Counted from the stretch's first letter, positions 56,422 to 63,707 are shown. The stretch is DNA of 64,000 bases from a virus (IMGVR_UViG_3300020472_000021:3145-67144), one strand, 5' to 3'. A program made the numbers and translations. The notes: generated by a model from the sequence alone, not told the origin.

Positions 56422-56727
56422 TCAAGTCAGACTCATGTGAGTAAGGACCTGAGAGATCATGACGGCATCCTGTCTGAATTGTTTTTTGTATGCCGCTGCG
56501 ATGCAGTGAAAATTCACCAGCATGTCTTCGACTTCAGAGTCTGGAAGTTCGATGTAAAGGATTTTGCATTCTTCGCGCTCACCCTTCCAGAATCCTTCGC
56601 CGTCGATAAATGTTCCGTACTCAAGGAGTGGCATCACTTCGCGTCTGATGAAATCATCCATCATTGCATCGGTGACTCTGCCATTGTCGGGAATGTTGCG
56701 TCCCATTGTCAATTCGAGTCGGATCAT
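56422..56727 (-). CDS. DUF3574-like protein
   Basis: GRNIPD.G.V.....DF...EV.P....T..DG.G.WKG.RE...Y..QF.QDAV. Confidence 0.65.
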   Translation of the reverse strand: MIRLELTMGRNIPDNGRVTDAMMDDFIRREVMPLLEYGTFIDGEGFWKGEREECKILYIELPDSEVEDMLVNFHCIAAAYKKQFRQDAVMISQVLTHMSLT

Positions 56728-56798
56728 AGAAAGTTCGTTGGTACATTACAAGTCTAACAAAAAACCCTCACCGTGTGGGGCGAGGGTGTCCAGTTATT

Positions 56799-56957
56799 CT
56801 ATTGGCACATCTCCTCGAATCTTTTGATTGCGAGTTTTGCTGCCTTGTCTGCGATCTCATCCTCAGAATAGACACCTGTGTTTAACCTTGCTTCAAGTTC
56901 AGTTAAGCAGTCGTCGAAAATTCCTTCAAGGAGTGATTCGTTTGCAAGTGTGGACAT
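56799..56957 (-). CDS. 52-aa acidic early protein (not in ORF track)
   Basis: MSTLANESLLEGIFDDCLTELEARLNTGVYSEDEIADKAAKLAIKRFEEMCQ; GGAG RBS. Confidence 0.7.
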   Translation of the reverse strand: MSTLANESLLEGIFDDCLTELEARLNTGVYSEDEIADKAAKLAIKRFEEMCQ

Positions 56958-56979
56958 AAGGTCTCCGATTGAAAAATGT

Positions 56980-57028
56980 GTGAGGGGCGTAGTCAGTGCG
57001 TCCGTAGACCGTTGCTTAAACCCTTCAC
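56980..57028 (-). ncRNA. candidate structured 5' leader RNA
   Basis: GTGAAGGG/CCCCTCAC closing stem enclosing GTC-TACG-GAC (cUACGg tetraloop); begins at the predicted TSS. Confidence 0.4.
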
Positions 57029-57103
57029 TCTTTTAATATAAACCATTTTGAAACAGAATGGTGAAACTGTGTGCCAGTTTGTCAACTGGATTCGGGCCGG
57101 ATT

Positions 57104-57289
57104 TTATGCGAATAGAGGTCGCATAAAATCTTTGAATGCTTCGCGCTTGAAATCTGCAAGGTGTCGCATCTCATCTTCAGAGAGAATCAGGTCGTAACCC
57201 TCACCCCTCATCTCATCATAACATGCTTGAGAGATGGACTTGTCTGTGATGTCGTAATCAGCAAGCGAGACGTGTTTGAAAAATGACAT
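57104..57289 (-). CDS. small hypothetical protein
   Basis: MSFFKHVSLADY...; start overlaps upstream stop. Confidence 0.6.
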   Translation of the reverse strand: MSFFKHVSLADYDITDKSISQACYDEMRGEGYDLILSEDEMRHLADFKREAFKDFMRPLFA

Positions 57290-57534
57290 CAGCACATCCC
57301 CCAATATTGGAGGTCTGTGCCAGCGTGCATTTCGTTGAACATGCTTTGGATTTCGTAGTAGTCTGCGTCATCCCATAGCACGCCGTCCTCAGTACTCAAA
57401 AATCCACAGTCTTCTTTGATTACTGTTTTGAATTCTGTGAATCCACAGCACTCAAGAGCGAGACGGTAAAGGCACTCTGTATTCTGAATCCAGAGAGCGA
57501 CGTTCCAAGTCTCGTAATCTTTCCAACCGTTCAT
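57289..57534 (-). CDS. phage hypothetical protein
   Basis: NGWKDYETWNVALWI, a motif I recognise from other phage small proteins. Confidence 0.7.
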   Translation of the reverse strand: MNGWKDYETWNVALWIQNTECLYRLALECCGFTEFKTVIKEDCGFLSTEDGVLWDDADYYEIQSMFNEMHAGTDLQYWGMC

Positions 57535-57713
57535 AAAATGCTTTGATTTGTTTGACTCTTTAAATATAAACGATTTTGAGTGAGAATAGGAGAAGTGTGT
57601 GCCACTAATATAATTGGCACGAGGTCAGCCAGAATTTTGTTTCATTATGTAACGATATTGTCCAAATGGGTCGATCTGTGTTTATAATGAGTGAGTACAA
57701 ACGTAAATCACGT

Positions 57714-58043
57714 ATGCCAACCGCAACCGTCTCCAAGTCAACCGTAGCAAAACCAGCACGCAAGACAAGGACACGCAAAGCACCTGCTAAAAAAGCAGCA
57801 GTACGCAAAGTCACCGTCACAACCTTCAAAGGTGGCAAGGCAGTCGCAAAGGTCACAACCCTGAAACGTCCAAGCACTCGCAACCTCATTTCAGGTGATC
57901 GCTATCTCAAGGATTTTCAAACACGTTGGGCAATCCATTCATTTGAGATCCAAGAATTAGTCAAGGACTTTCGCAAGGGTTTCGATTTTGTCACTCCCTA
58001 TCACGCTCAACTCGTAAATCAAGTTAAGCAGTGGACAGTCTAA
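57714..58043 (+). CDS. Lys/Arg-rich (histone H1-like N-terminus) protein
   Basis: KPARKTRTRKAPAKKAAVRK; TATAAT at 57683-57688 upstream. Confidence 0.65.
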   Translation: MPTATVSKSTVAKPARKTRTRKAPAKKAAVRKVTVTTFKGGKAVAKVTTLKRPSTRNLISGDRYLKDFQTRWAIHSFEIQELVKDFRKGFDFVTPYHAQLVNQVKQWTV

Positions 58044-58112
58044 CAAGTTGCACACAAGCACCCCACAGGGTGCTTTTTTCATGTATTATTAAAGAGTAAA
58101 GCAATTCACCCT

Positions 58113-58262
58113 ATGATGACCTACAACACAGATTTCGTTGAAGCACGTGCAGAGGACATCTTCGATTCATGGGTCACTCAGTTTTTCAGAGACCTAACAC
58201 CTGCGGATGAGTCAGCACTCTACTCACTCGCTCTCGACACAGCAATCGAAGAGTCAAACTAA
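58113..58262 (+). CDS. 49-aa acidic protein (not in ORF track)
   Basis: MMTYNTDFVEARAEDIFDSWVTQFFRDLTPADESALYSLALDTAIEESN; box promoter upstream, terminator downstream. Confidence 0.65.
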   Translation: MMTYNTDFVEARAEDIFDSWVTQFFRDLTPADESALYSLALDTAIEESN

Positions 58263-58269
58263 AAAATCC

Positions 58270-58292
58270 ACCCCTCGAAAGAGGGGTATTTT
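58270..58292. terminator. hairpin terminator between convergent genes
   Basis: ACCCCTC-GAAA-GAGGGGT flanked by A/T runs. Confidence 0.75.
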
Positions 58293-58347
58293 AATGCAAA
58301 AAATTCGGGCCGGACCGATAGTACATATGCACTAAAAAACGGACTCC

Positions 58348-58530
58348 TTAGAGTCCGTTCATGAAATCTGAAATCGCTTCCAAATATTCTTCGTAAGTTG
58401 AATAACGATTTTTGAAATCGTTGGGAACCTCACGCTTTAAATGTGATTGGCAAGACTCGTTGATCTCGCGAACTGTGTAACCCTTTTCGAGGAGTGAAGG
58501 AAAGAACTCTTGAAGATTTGATTTATTCAT
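58348..58530 (-). CDS. small early protein (apparently leaderless)
   Basis: MNKSNLQEFF...; ATG 6 nt after TATAAT. Confidence 0.7.
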   Translation of the reverse strand: MNKSNLQEFFPSLLEKGYTVREINESCQSHLKREVPNDFKNRYSTYEEYLEAISDFMNGL

Positions 58531-58584
58531 ATCCTTATTATACACACGCAACCGACCCAAATAGGAAAAATGTGTGACAGTTCC

Positions 58585-58893
58585 TCAACTGTCTTGGGCG
58601 GCTGACTTTTGATGTACTGGAAATGATAGACTCTCACCAGGTTCTAGACCATATGTGACAGTAGTGACACTGCCCACTAGATCATCAAGCGTCTCTGTAT
58701 CAAATGTACATTCAATCTCATTCAGTAACTCATCCTCTGAGTAATTAGAAAAATCCTCCGTGAGTGTCTGAGATACAAATGAATACATGTCCTTATGATC
58801 CATGCTATCAATGCACAGTTCAACATAACGATCAATAAGATCTGAACACTGTGCGGTTGTGAGTTTGTAAGGCATTGAGTTTGAATCAGACAT
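58585..58893 (-). CDS. acidic early protein (apparently leaderless)
   Basis: MSDSNSMPYKL...; ATG 6 nt after TATAAT. Confidence 0.7.
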   Translation of the reverse strand: MSDSNSMPYKLTTAQCSDLIDRYVELCIDSMDHKDMYSFVSQTLTEDFSNYSEDELLNEIECTFDTETLDDLVGSVTTVTYGLEPGESLSFPVHQKSAAQDS

Positions 58894-58981
58894 GATACTA
58901 TTATAACACACCGTAGGCACATTGCAACAAAAATCCAGCTGACCGTGTGCAGTTTGTCTAGTGGCACACGGTGTGTTGATT

Positions 58982-59140
58982 TTATCTGTAACTCGGTGTA
59001 ATATAGTATTCTCCGTCGTAGTAATCCGATTCAATCCAATTCTTTATACCTACATCTTCTCCATAAGAGTTTATTAACTCTTCTCTTTGTTCATTTAACT
59101 CATTAATGAAAAATTGTTGATTCTTGTTAACATTTTCCAT
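58982..59140 (-). CDS. 52-aa protein (not in ORF track)
   Basis: MENVNKNQQFFINELNEQREELINSYGEDVGIKNWIESDYYDGEYYITPSYR; extended -10 TGTTATAAT near 59167-59175. Confidence 0.55.
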   Translation of the reverse strand: MENVNKNQQFFINELNEQREELINSYGEDVGIKNWIESDYYDGEYYITPSYR

Positions 59141-59227
59141 AATAGATTAGAGCGAGGTTAGTATTAATTATAACACAACATGTATTAAACACGTTCTGTT
59201 AAATCTTAAGTTTTTATAAAAACAAAA

Positions 59228-59263
59228 AAACGCACTTTCTGAAAAAACTCAAAAAGTGCGTTT
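59228..59263 (-). terminator. intrinsic terminator
   Basis: AAACGCACTTT/AAAGTGCGTTT stem followed by T-run on - strand. Confidence 0.65.
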
Positions 59264-59270
59264 CTTAAGT

Positions 59271-59618
59271 TTATGCTATTTCGAGACTTTCAGAATTATG
59301 TATTATCATACCATCAAAGAATGGTACAACTTTACCTCTGAAACTTACGAACCACTCAAATTGCTTTTGAAACACACCTGCACCGTATTTGACCTCATCA
59401 AGTAATGCATTTAGTCTGGACTTGGTAGTCACAGTCTCCCATCCGCATGATGATATCTTTAATGCTTGCGTAGTGTGGTCAAATGTAGCGATGTTGTGAC
59501 CATGTAGATAAACAGAACTGCAATTAGAAGCATCATTGTATCTGACCATTGTATTTGATCCAGACCAGTTGCCTTTGTTGCTAACTGCGAAGTTCATTTG
59601 TCTTTCAAGTTTACGCAT
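59271..59618 (-). CDS. cyanophage hypothetical protein
   Basis: MRKLERQMN.A....NW...NT.V...VYLHGH.IA...GW.T.TTKSRLNALL. Confidence 0.75.
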   Translation of the reverse strand: MRKLERQMNFAVSNKGNWSGSNTMVRYNDASNCSSVYLHGHNIATFDHTTQALKISSCGWETVTTKSRLNALLDEVKYGAGVFQKQFEWFVSFRGKVVPFFDGMIIHNSESLEIA

Positions 59619-59674
59619 GAATGTAAGAAGGAATAGGTTAATAAAAGTTTTCAACAGGGTGTGGAAAAACATCA

Positions 59675-59863
59675 CTAAACCACAGGGTCTAGTGATGCTG
59701 TAACAGATGCGTCAAGTTTGGCATTTAATGTCCAAAGATTTTGACACTCATCGTCATCCTGAATGAAAGGACAGTCAAGAGCACGATCCAAAGAGGCGAC
59801 GTATGCTTGTGCTTCTTCGATTGTGAGTTCAAGTGTGATCATGTTGGGAACTTTGTTTGACAT
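59675..59863 (-). CDS. small early protein (apparently leaderless)
   Basis: MSNKVPNMITLELT...; ATG 6 nt after TATAAT. Confidence 0.65.
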   Translation of the reverse strand: MSNKVPNMITLELTIEEAQAYVASLDRALDCPFIQDDDECQNLWTLNAKLDASVTASLDPVV

Positions 59864-60005
59864 GTTCTTATTATAGACGAGATTGGCAACAGTGGGGAGA
59901 ATAGTGGACAGTTTCTCAACTGGTCTACCTATCTCTTTGCCACTGCTGCTCAACCATATCTATTATATACGATCACCCTACCTAATCTACCTACTGTGTG
60001 CCAGT

Positions 60006-60161
60006 TTAATAACTGTCCTCCTCCCAACTCTTATATTCCTTGAACCGTGCTACCTTCTTTTTACCTTGTCTCTTGACATTCTTAATATTATATCCATAAT
60101 CCTCGATATCTTCGTCTAATTGATTGTACTTACTATGATCTAACTTAGTAGGTTTAGTCAT
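60006..60161 (-). CDS. 51-aa charged protein (not in ORF track)
   Basis: MTKPTKLDHSKYNQLDEDIEDYGYNIKNVKRQGKKKVARFKEYKSWEEDSY; ATAAATA at 60185-60191 upstream. Confidence 0.65.
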   Translation of the reverse strand: MTKPTKLDHSKYNQLDEDIEDYGYNIKNVKRQGKKKVARFKEYKSWEEDSY

Positions 60162-60183
60162 TGGTATGAGTAAAGATTGTGTA

Positions 60184-60423
60184 CTATTTATTTTCAGTTA
60201 GAGCACCAGATTTGATGCTTTGATGTAATAATTTCCCTACACTTTCCTTGTTTGATATACAATTAAGGAATGATTGTGTAAATTCTAATACATTTTCACA
60301 GTTAAATTCGTATTCTTTGTTTGTATTACTGTTATATGTTATTATAACACTTTTTTCAGTGAATTTAACTGTTTTTACGGCAGATGAGTTTAAATCATCA
60401 AAAATACCTGTTATTTTAACCAT
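60184..60423 (-). CDS. KTSC-like nucleic-acid-binding domain protein
   Basis: SSAVK.V......V.I.Y....EYEF...F...ESVGK.LH..IK resembles the KTSC pattern. Confidence 0.5.
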   Translation of the reverse strand: MVKITGIFDDLNSSAVKTVKFTEKSVIITYNSNTNKEYEFNCENVLEFTQSFLNCISNKESVGKLLHQSIKSGALTENK

Positions 60424-60609
60424 TTGTGATTAAATTGAAAGTTTTAAATTGTTAAAAAACTCAAAAAGTCAAAAATACAACTTTTTTAAAATGTTGAAAA
60501 ACTTAAAAAGTGAGATTTCCGAGTTTTTTGGATTTATGTGTTTATTATACTCCTCCTCAGAGGGATTTGGTGGGTTTCTGTGCCACTTTGAGAACTGTCA
60601 CACTACTCC

Positions 60610-60638
60610 TTGACTTTCGGTAGGATGCACGCTAAGAC
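60610..60638 (+). promoter_or_regulatory. sigma70-like promoter TTGACT-N17-TAAGAC
   Basis: Divergent from the box at 60580-60601 (31 nt box to -10); no ORF downstream. Confidence 0.45.
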
Positions 60639-60782
60639 AACAAGAAGAGAGCACGTTACCTATATTTTTTTAACCATTTCTAAATGATTCAGAGTTATCC
60701 ACAACCACTGTGGAAAACCCTAGTCATACCAATACACGGAAGGTTACTAAAGGATAGTATCCTGAGAACAATTCTCAACTGT

Positions 60783-61076
60783 TCACACTGACTGCTTTCT
60801 CAACCATTTTGGTACATATATTAACAACAATGCACCTCCCCAAAACACTCCAAGTAACCACAACTCCAATACCCTATGACCTACACTTATCCACAACCCT
60901 GCACCTACAAATACTATCCATAACCAATCCAATGTACTATGAATCTTTGTCCATGTACTACCAAAGTCTTTGATTAGTTCTTCTCTTATTTGTGCGAACA
61001 GTGGTGATACATGTCTCATCATAACAAATCCTTCATTTAGAACCATTATCACGTATCCTATTATGAATATTATCAT
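60783..61076 (-). CDS. membrane protein (about 3 TM helices)
   Basis: Three hydrophobic Trp-rich stretches. Confidence 0.75.
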   Translation of the reverse strand: MIIFIIGYVIMVLNEGFVMMRHVSPLFAQIREELIKDFGSTWTKIHSTLDWLWIVFVGAGLWISVGHRVLELWLLGVFWGGALLLIYVPKWLRKQSV

Positions 61077-61153
61077 TTGGTTTAATTCTATCTCTCTTTC
61101 TTAGGGGTGTTTTATAACCATATTTCAGGTCATTCTTTAATTGTCTTAAGTAT

Positions 61154-61540
61154 TTAAGATGATCCTTGATCTCTTTGCTTGATATCATATTCTATTATTA
61201 TTTTCTTTGATGATCGTCCCACTGAATTAAGTGTTTCTTTTCTTTCCATTTGTCCTCCTAATAATGATGTTATTGTTAACAGTTCAGATATTAAATCTCC
61301 TTCATCGTTTGTGTTTGATGTGGGCATTGTTGCCACTAGATGATCAACACAATCCTTATAATCTGTACCATCAGTGATACATTGTTCTACATCTTGTGCG
61401 GTGAATTCTTGTGATATGTCACACTCTTGGTATTCTGTAACACATTCTTCAACACATTCACTATCTTTTGGATCACACTCAGTAGTACATTCCATCAGTT
61501 CATCAGTACAATCTTTCTTTTCTTCAGTCATAGTAGGCAT
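61154..61540 (-). CDS. Cys-rich acidic hypothetical protein
   Basis: CTDELMECTTECDPKDSECVEECVTEYQEC. Confidence 0.7.
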   Translation of the reverse strand: MPTMTEEKKDCTDELMECTTECDPKDSECVEECVTEYQECDISQEFTAQDVEQCITDGTDYKDCVDHLVATMPTSNTNDEGDLISELLTITSLLGGQMERKETLNSVGRSSKKIIIEYDIKQRDQGSS

Positions 61541-61667
61541 TTATGCATAGTTAAGTATATTAAATATATGTGTTGAAATGGGGTCAATTTATATAAATAA
61601 TATTGTAATCTGTAAGGTCAATGTAACCAAATCTAATTATATTATATGTACATTTATAGAGAGGGTC

Positions 61668-61835
61668 ATGCATAACATCGTATCACAAAATCAATTAAAA
61701 GGATGGAATCATTCATTAAATGCATCAAATACACGAGATGATAATACCGCAAGATTAAATGATTACTATGCCTGTATGGTAGCGAGTGAGCAAGACCACA
61801 CCAGTAAACAAATATGTAAGGACATACTGCGATGA
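61668..61835 (+). CDS. small protein behind late promoter
   Basis: MHNIVSQNQLKGW...NDYYACMV...ICKDILR; GAGG RBS; TATAAATA at 61592-61599; hairpin terminator 61857-61882. Confidence 0.7.
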   Translation: MHNIVSQNQLKGWNHSLNASNTRDDNTARLNDYYACMVASEQDHTSKQICKDILR

Positions 61836-61888
61836 ACCCAAATCAATAACTGTCACAAGCACCTCGTAAGGGGTGCTTTTTTATTGTA

Positions 61889-61978
61889 TCATACATGTGG
61901 GTCATACTTTCTGAGTATGTACAATGCAAGGGCAACACCTATTGATGTTGAACCAAGTACGATAATCACTAAGGGCAT
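61889..61978 (-). CDS. 29-aa single-TM peptide (not in ORF track)
   Basis: MPLVIIVLGSTSIGVALALYILRKYDPHV; overlaps upstream stop. Confidence 0.5.
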   Translation of the reverse strand: MPLVIIVLGSTSIGVALALYILRKYDPHV

Positions 61979-62292
61979 TTGTCACTCCTAATTTTTAATG
62001 AATAATGTTGGGGTTTGAGATTATGCTTTATTATGTGCTCACATGCATCATAATAATATCTGAACCATGCTATAGGCAATGGATCTTTCTTTCTTTTATC
62101 ATCGAAACGTATCTTAAATGTGTTCCCATGTGGAAACAGTTCTAATTTACGTGATGCTGGACACTTGGGTGCATCAGGATGATTTGAGATCACGTCAGGA
62201 TTATAGGGATCATTCTCCCATTTCTTCCTTCGTGATGATGTAGTAGTTAGTTTCTTTAAATTAGCATCTAAACTCTTTTGAGTGCGTGCCAT
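61969..62292 (-). CDS. basic hypothetical protein
   Basis: 107-aa ORF, TAATG coupling with upstream gene. Confidence 0.7.
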   Translation of the reverse strand: MARTQKSLDANLKKLTTTSSRRKKWENDPYNPDVISNHPDAPKCPASRKLELFPHGNTFKIRFDDKRKKDPLPIAWFRYYYDACEHIIKHNLKPQHYSLKIRSDKCP

Positions 62293-62414
62293 TAAGTTTT
62301 CTGCTCCATACGTAGAATGTTGATCTCTTCAAGTAATCTTTCTGCATCCTTGTCTTGACCCTTATTCTTTGCGTTAATGTAGTCCAGTATTAAGTTTTTA
62401 AGATCTTCCCTCAT
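62292..62414 (-). CDS. 40-aa helical protein
   Basis: MREDLKNLILDY...; start moved to ATG 62414, just after upstream stop. Confidence 0.55.
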   Translation of the reverse strand: MREDLKNLILDYINAKNKGQDKDAERLLEEINILRMEQKT

Positions 62415-62415
62415 G

Positions 62416-62655
62416 CTATCGTTCAAGGGAATGGAATAATTCTTTGAGTTCATCCTCGTTATAGAAGATTGTCTGCTCCTTATGTAGCATACTTTCTTCC
62501 ATCCATTCCTTGTATTCTTGGCATAAACAGAGTGCATCATCATACTTTTCCTCCGCAAATAGCGTCAACAGACGACTTACGACACCCTCACATATCTCAT
62601 CCCTGCGGTGAGATATGCGGAAAGAATCGTTATCATCTATGTTCCAAGTAGTCAT
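62416..62655 (-). CDS. hypothetical protein
   Basis: ATGA-coupled ORF. Confidence 0.7.
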   Translation of the reverse strand: MTTWNIDDNDSFRISHRRDEICEGVVSRLLTLFAEEKYDDALCLCQEYKEWMEESMLHKEQTIFYNEDELKELFHSLER

Positions 62656-62903
62656 TTTGCTTTTAATTGGAATACATTATTTAGATGGTCGTAGGATACG
62701 AACTCTACATCCTTCGGTAATGATTTAACTGCGGATGCTGCAAAGTCATTGGGATACCTAGAAAACAGTCTCCAAAACTTCTTTACACCATCATAGTCTA
62801 AACTATCTTTTGGTACTGGACGGACTACTGCATCACCATTTGAGTAGTCAAAGCGGAAGTCAATGAACTCCGAGATGTATTCGTGGAATAGATTCTTTTT
62901 CAT
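62652..62903 (-). CDS. hypothetical protein
   Basis: 83-aa ORF in operon. Confidence 0.7.
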   Translation of the reverse strand: MKKNLFHEYISEFIDFRFDYSNGDAVVRPVPKDSLDYDGVKKFWRLFSRYPNDFAASAVKSLPKDVEFVSYDHLNNVFQLKAK

Positions 62904-62918
62904 GTTAGTAAGAGAGAA

Positions 62919-63179
62919 TTAAAGTACGTGCTTAGATGTTGCCTGTATCTTGGCAAGATCATTCAAATGCTTACATATTACTGCTACTTCCTCAACATCA
63001 TCTTCATCCATATCTTCCCATGCTATCTCTGTTGCTGAATCCCAATCAACACCCAGTTTCAATGATCCTGAGAGTTGTGAGTTGTAATCATCATACGTTT
63101 GACATACGTATGGTACTCCGTCTGGTTTGTCCACTACAAATGCAGTGCCAGATACTACGATGTAAGTTGCTTGAGACAT
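62919..63179 (-). CDS. acidic hypothetical protein
   Basis: MSQATYIVV...; start at ATG 63179 avoids overlap with upstream gene. Confidence 0.65.
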   Translation of the reverse strand: MSQATYIVVSGTAFVVDKPDGVPYVCQTYDDYNSQLSGSLKLGVDWDSATEIAWEDMDEDDVEEVAVICKHLNDLAKIQATSKHVL

Positions 63180-63229
63180 GAATAAAAGAGGTGATACATT
63201 TAATAGTTTAGCGTATTTAGATATGATTG

Positions 63230-63685
63230 TCAACCATGTGGATACATGTATAAGTATCCACCTGCCCAGTCTGCACGACCAAGACACTCTGTTCTTGATC
63301 TCTCATCTAATAAATTATATCTTACATGCTCTGCTGGTTTTGCCCAACCTGCTGGTTTGTACACGTCACCAGTCTTCTTATCTACAAATGCATTAACACT
63401 TCCATCACGATACTCATTTCTATCTCTGAATGTATCATACTCTTGTGCTACAATCTTATAATATCTTCTACCACTATACACTTTGAACTTCATTAGATTA
63501 GCAGTACCATTCTTTGTTGCTTCAATCTCTTTACGTGAATACTCTGATCCACTCTCAAGATTCATACGCTCCATTGATCTTAAATGATTGTCTCTGTACT
63601 GTGCTTCTAATGCTCTACATAGATCTTCTGTATATTGCTCCACCGCTACTTCGTCTGCTGTTTTTGTTTTAACTGCGGATGGCAT
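63230..63685 (-). CDS. phage hypothetical protein
   Basis: GRRYYKI...SVNAFVDKKTGDVYKPAGWAKPA.HVRYNL...ADWAGGYLY; GGAG RBS before ATG 63685. Confidence 0.8.
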   Translation of the reverse strand: MPSAVKTKTADEVAVEQYTEDLCRALEAQYRDNHLRSMERMNLESGSEYSRKEIEATKNGTANLMKFKVYSGRRYYKIVAQEYDTFRDRNEYRDGSVNAFVDKKTGDVYKPAGWAKPAEHVRYNLLDERSRTECLGRADWAGGYLYMYPHG

Positions 63686-63707
63686 GTTGAACTCCATAAA
63701 TGTGTAG

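Larger units (their letters stand above)
56003..61856. repeat. dispersed array of 12 palindromic early-promoter boxes GTGNCANTT-N4-AANTGNCAC
   Basis: Copies start at 56003, 56362, 56786, 57071, 57599, 58031, 58574, 58946, 59904, 59998, 60580 and 61848 (half site); 11 lie 28-31 nt from a TAnnnT -10 hexamer, the 58946 copy 40 nt. Confidence 0.85.

Noticed and set aside
56377-56827. + strand ORFs of 126 and 87 aa
   Set aside because: Antisense to the DUF3574-like gene; the first starts inside a terminator hairpin.
57605-57889. - strand 94-aa ORF
   Set aside because: Antisense shadow of the Lys-rich + gene; runs across that gene's promoter.
58894-59034. Extended N-termini given by the ORF track (also 58560, 59675, 59953, 56425, 62558, 63287)
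   Set aside because: They cross promoter boxes or overlap other genes; downstream ATGs fit the promoter geometry or coupling.
56003-61856. Repeated palindromic boxes as a CRISPR array or integron attC array
   Set aside because: Spacing is irregular (about 90-1250 nt), the intervals hold whole ORFs, repeats are degenerate and tied to -10 elements; no cas or integrase gene in the window.
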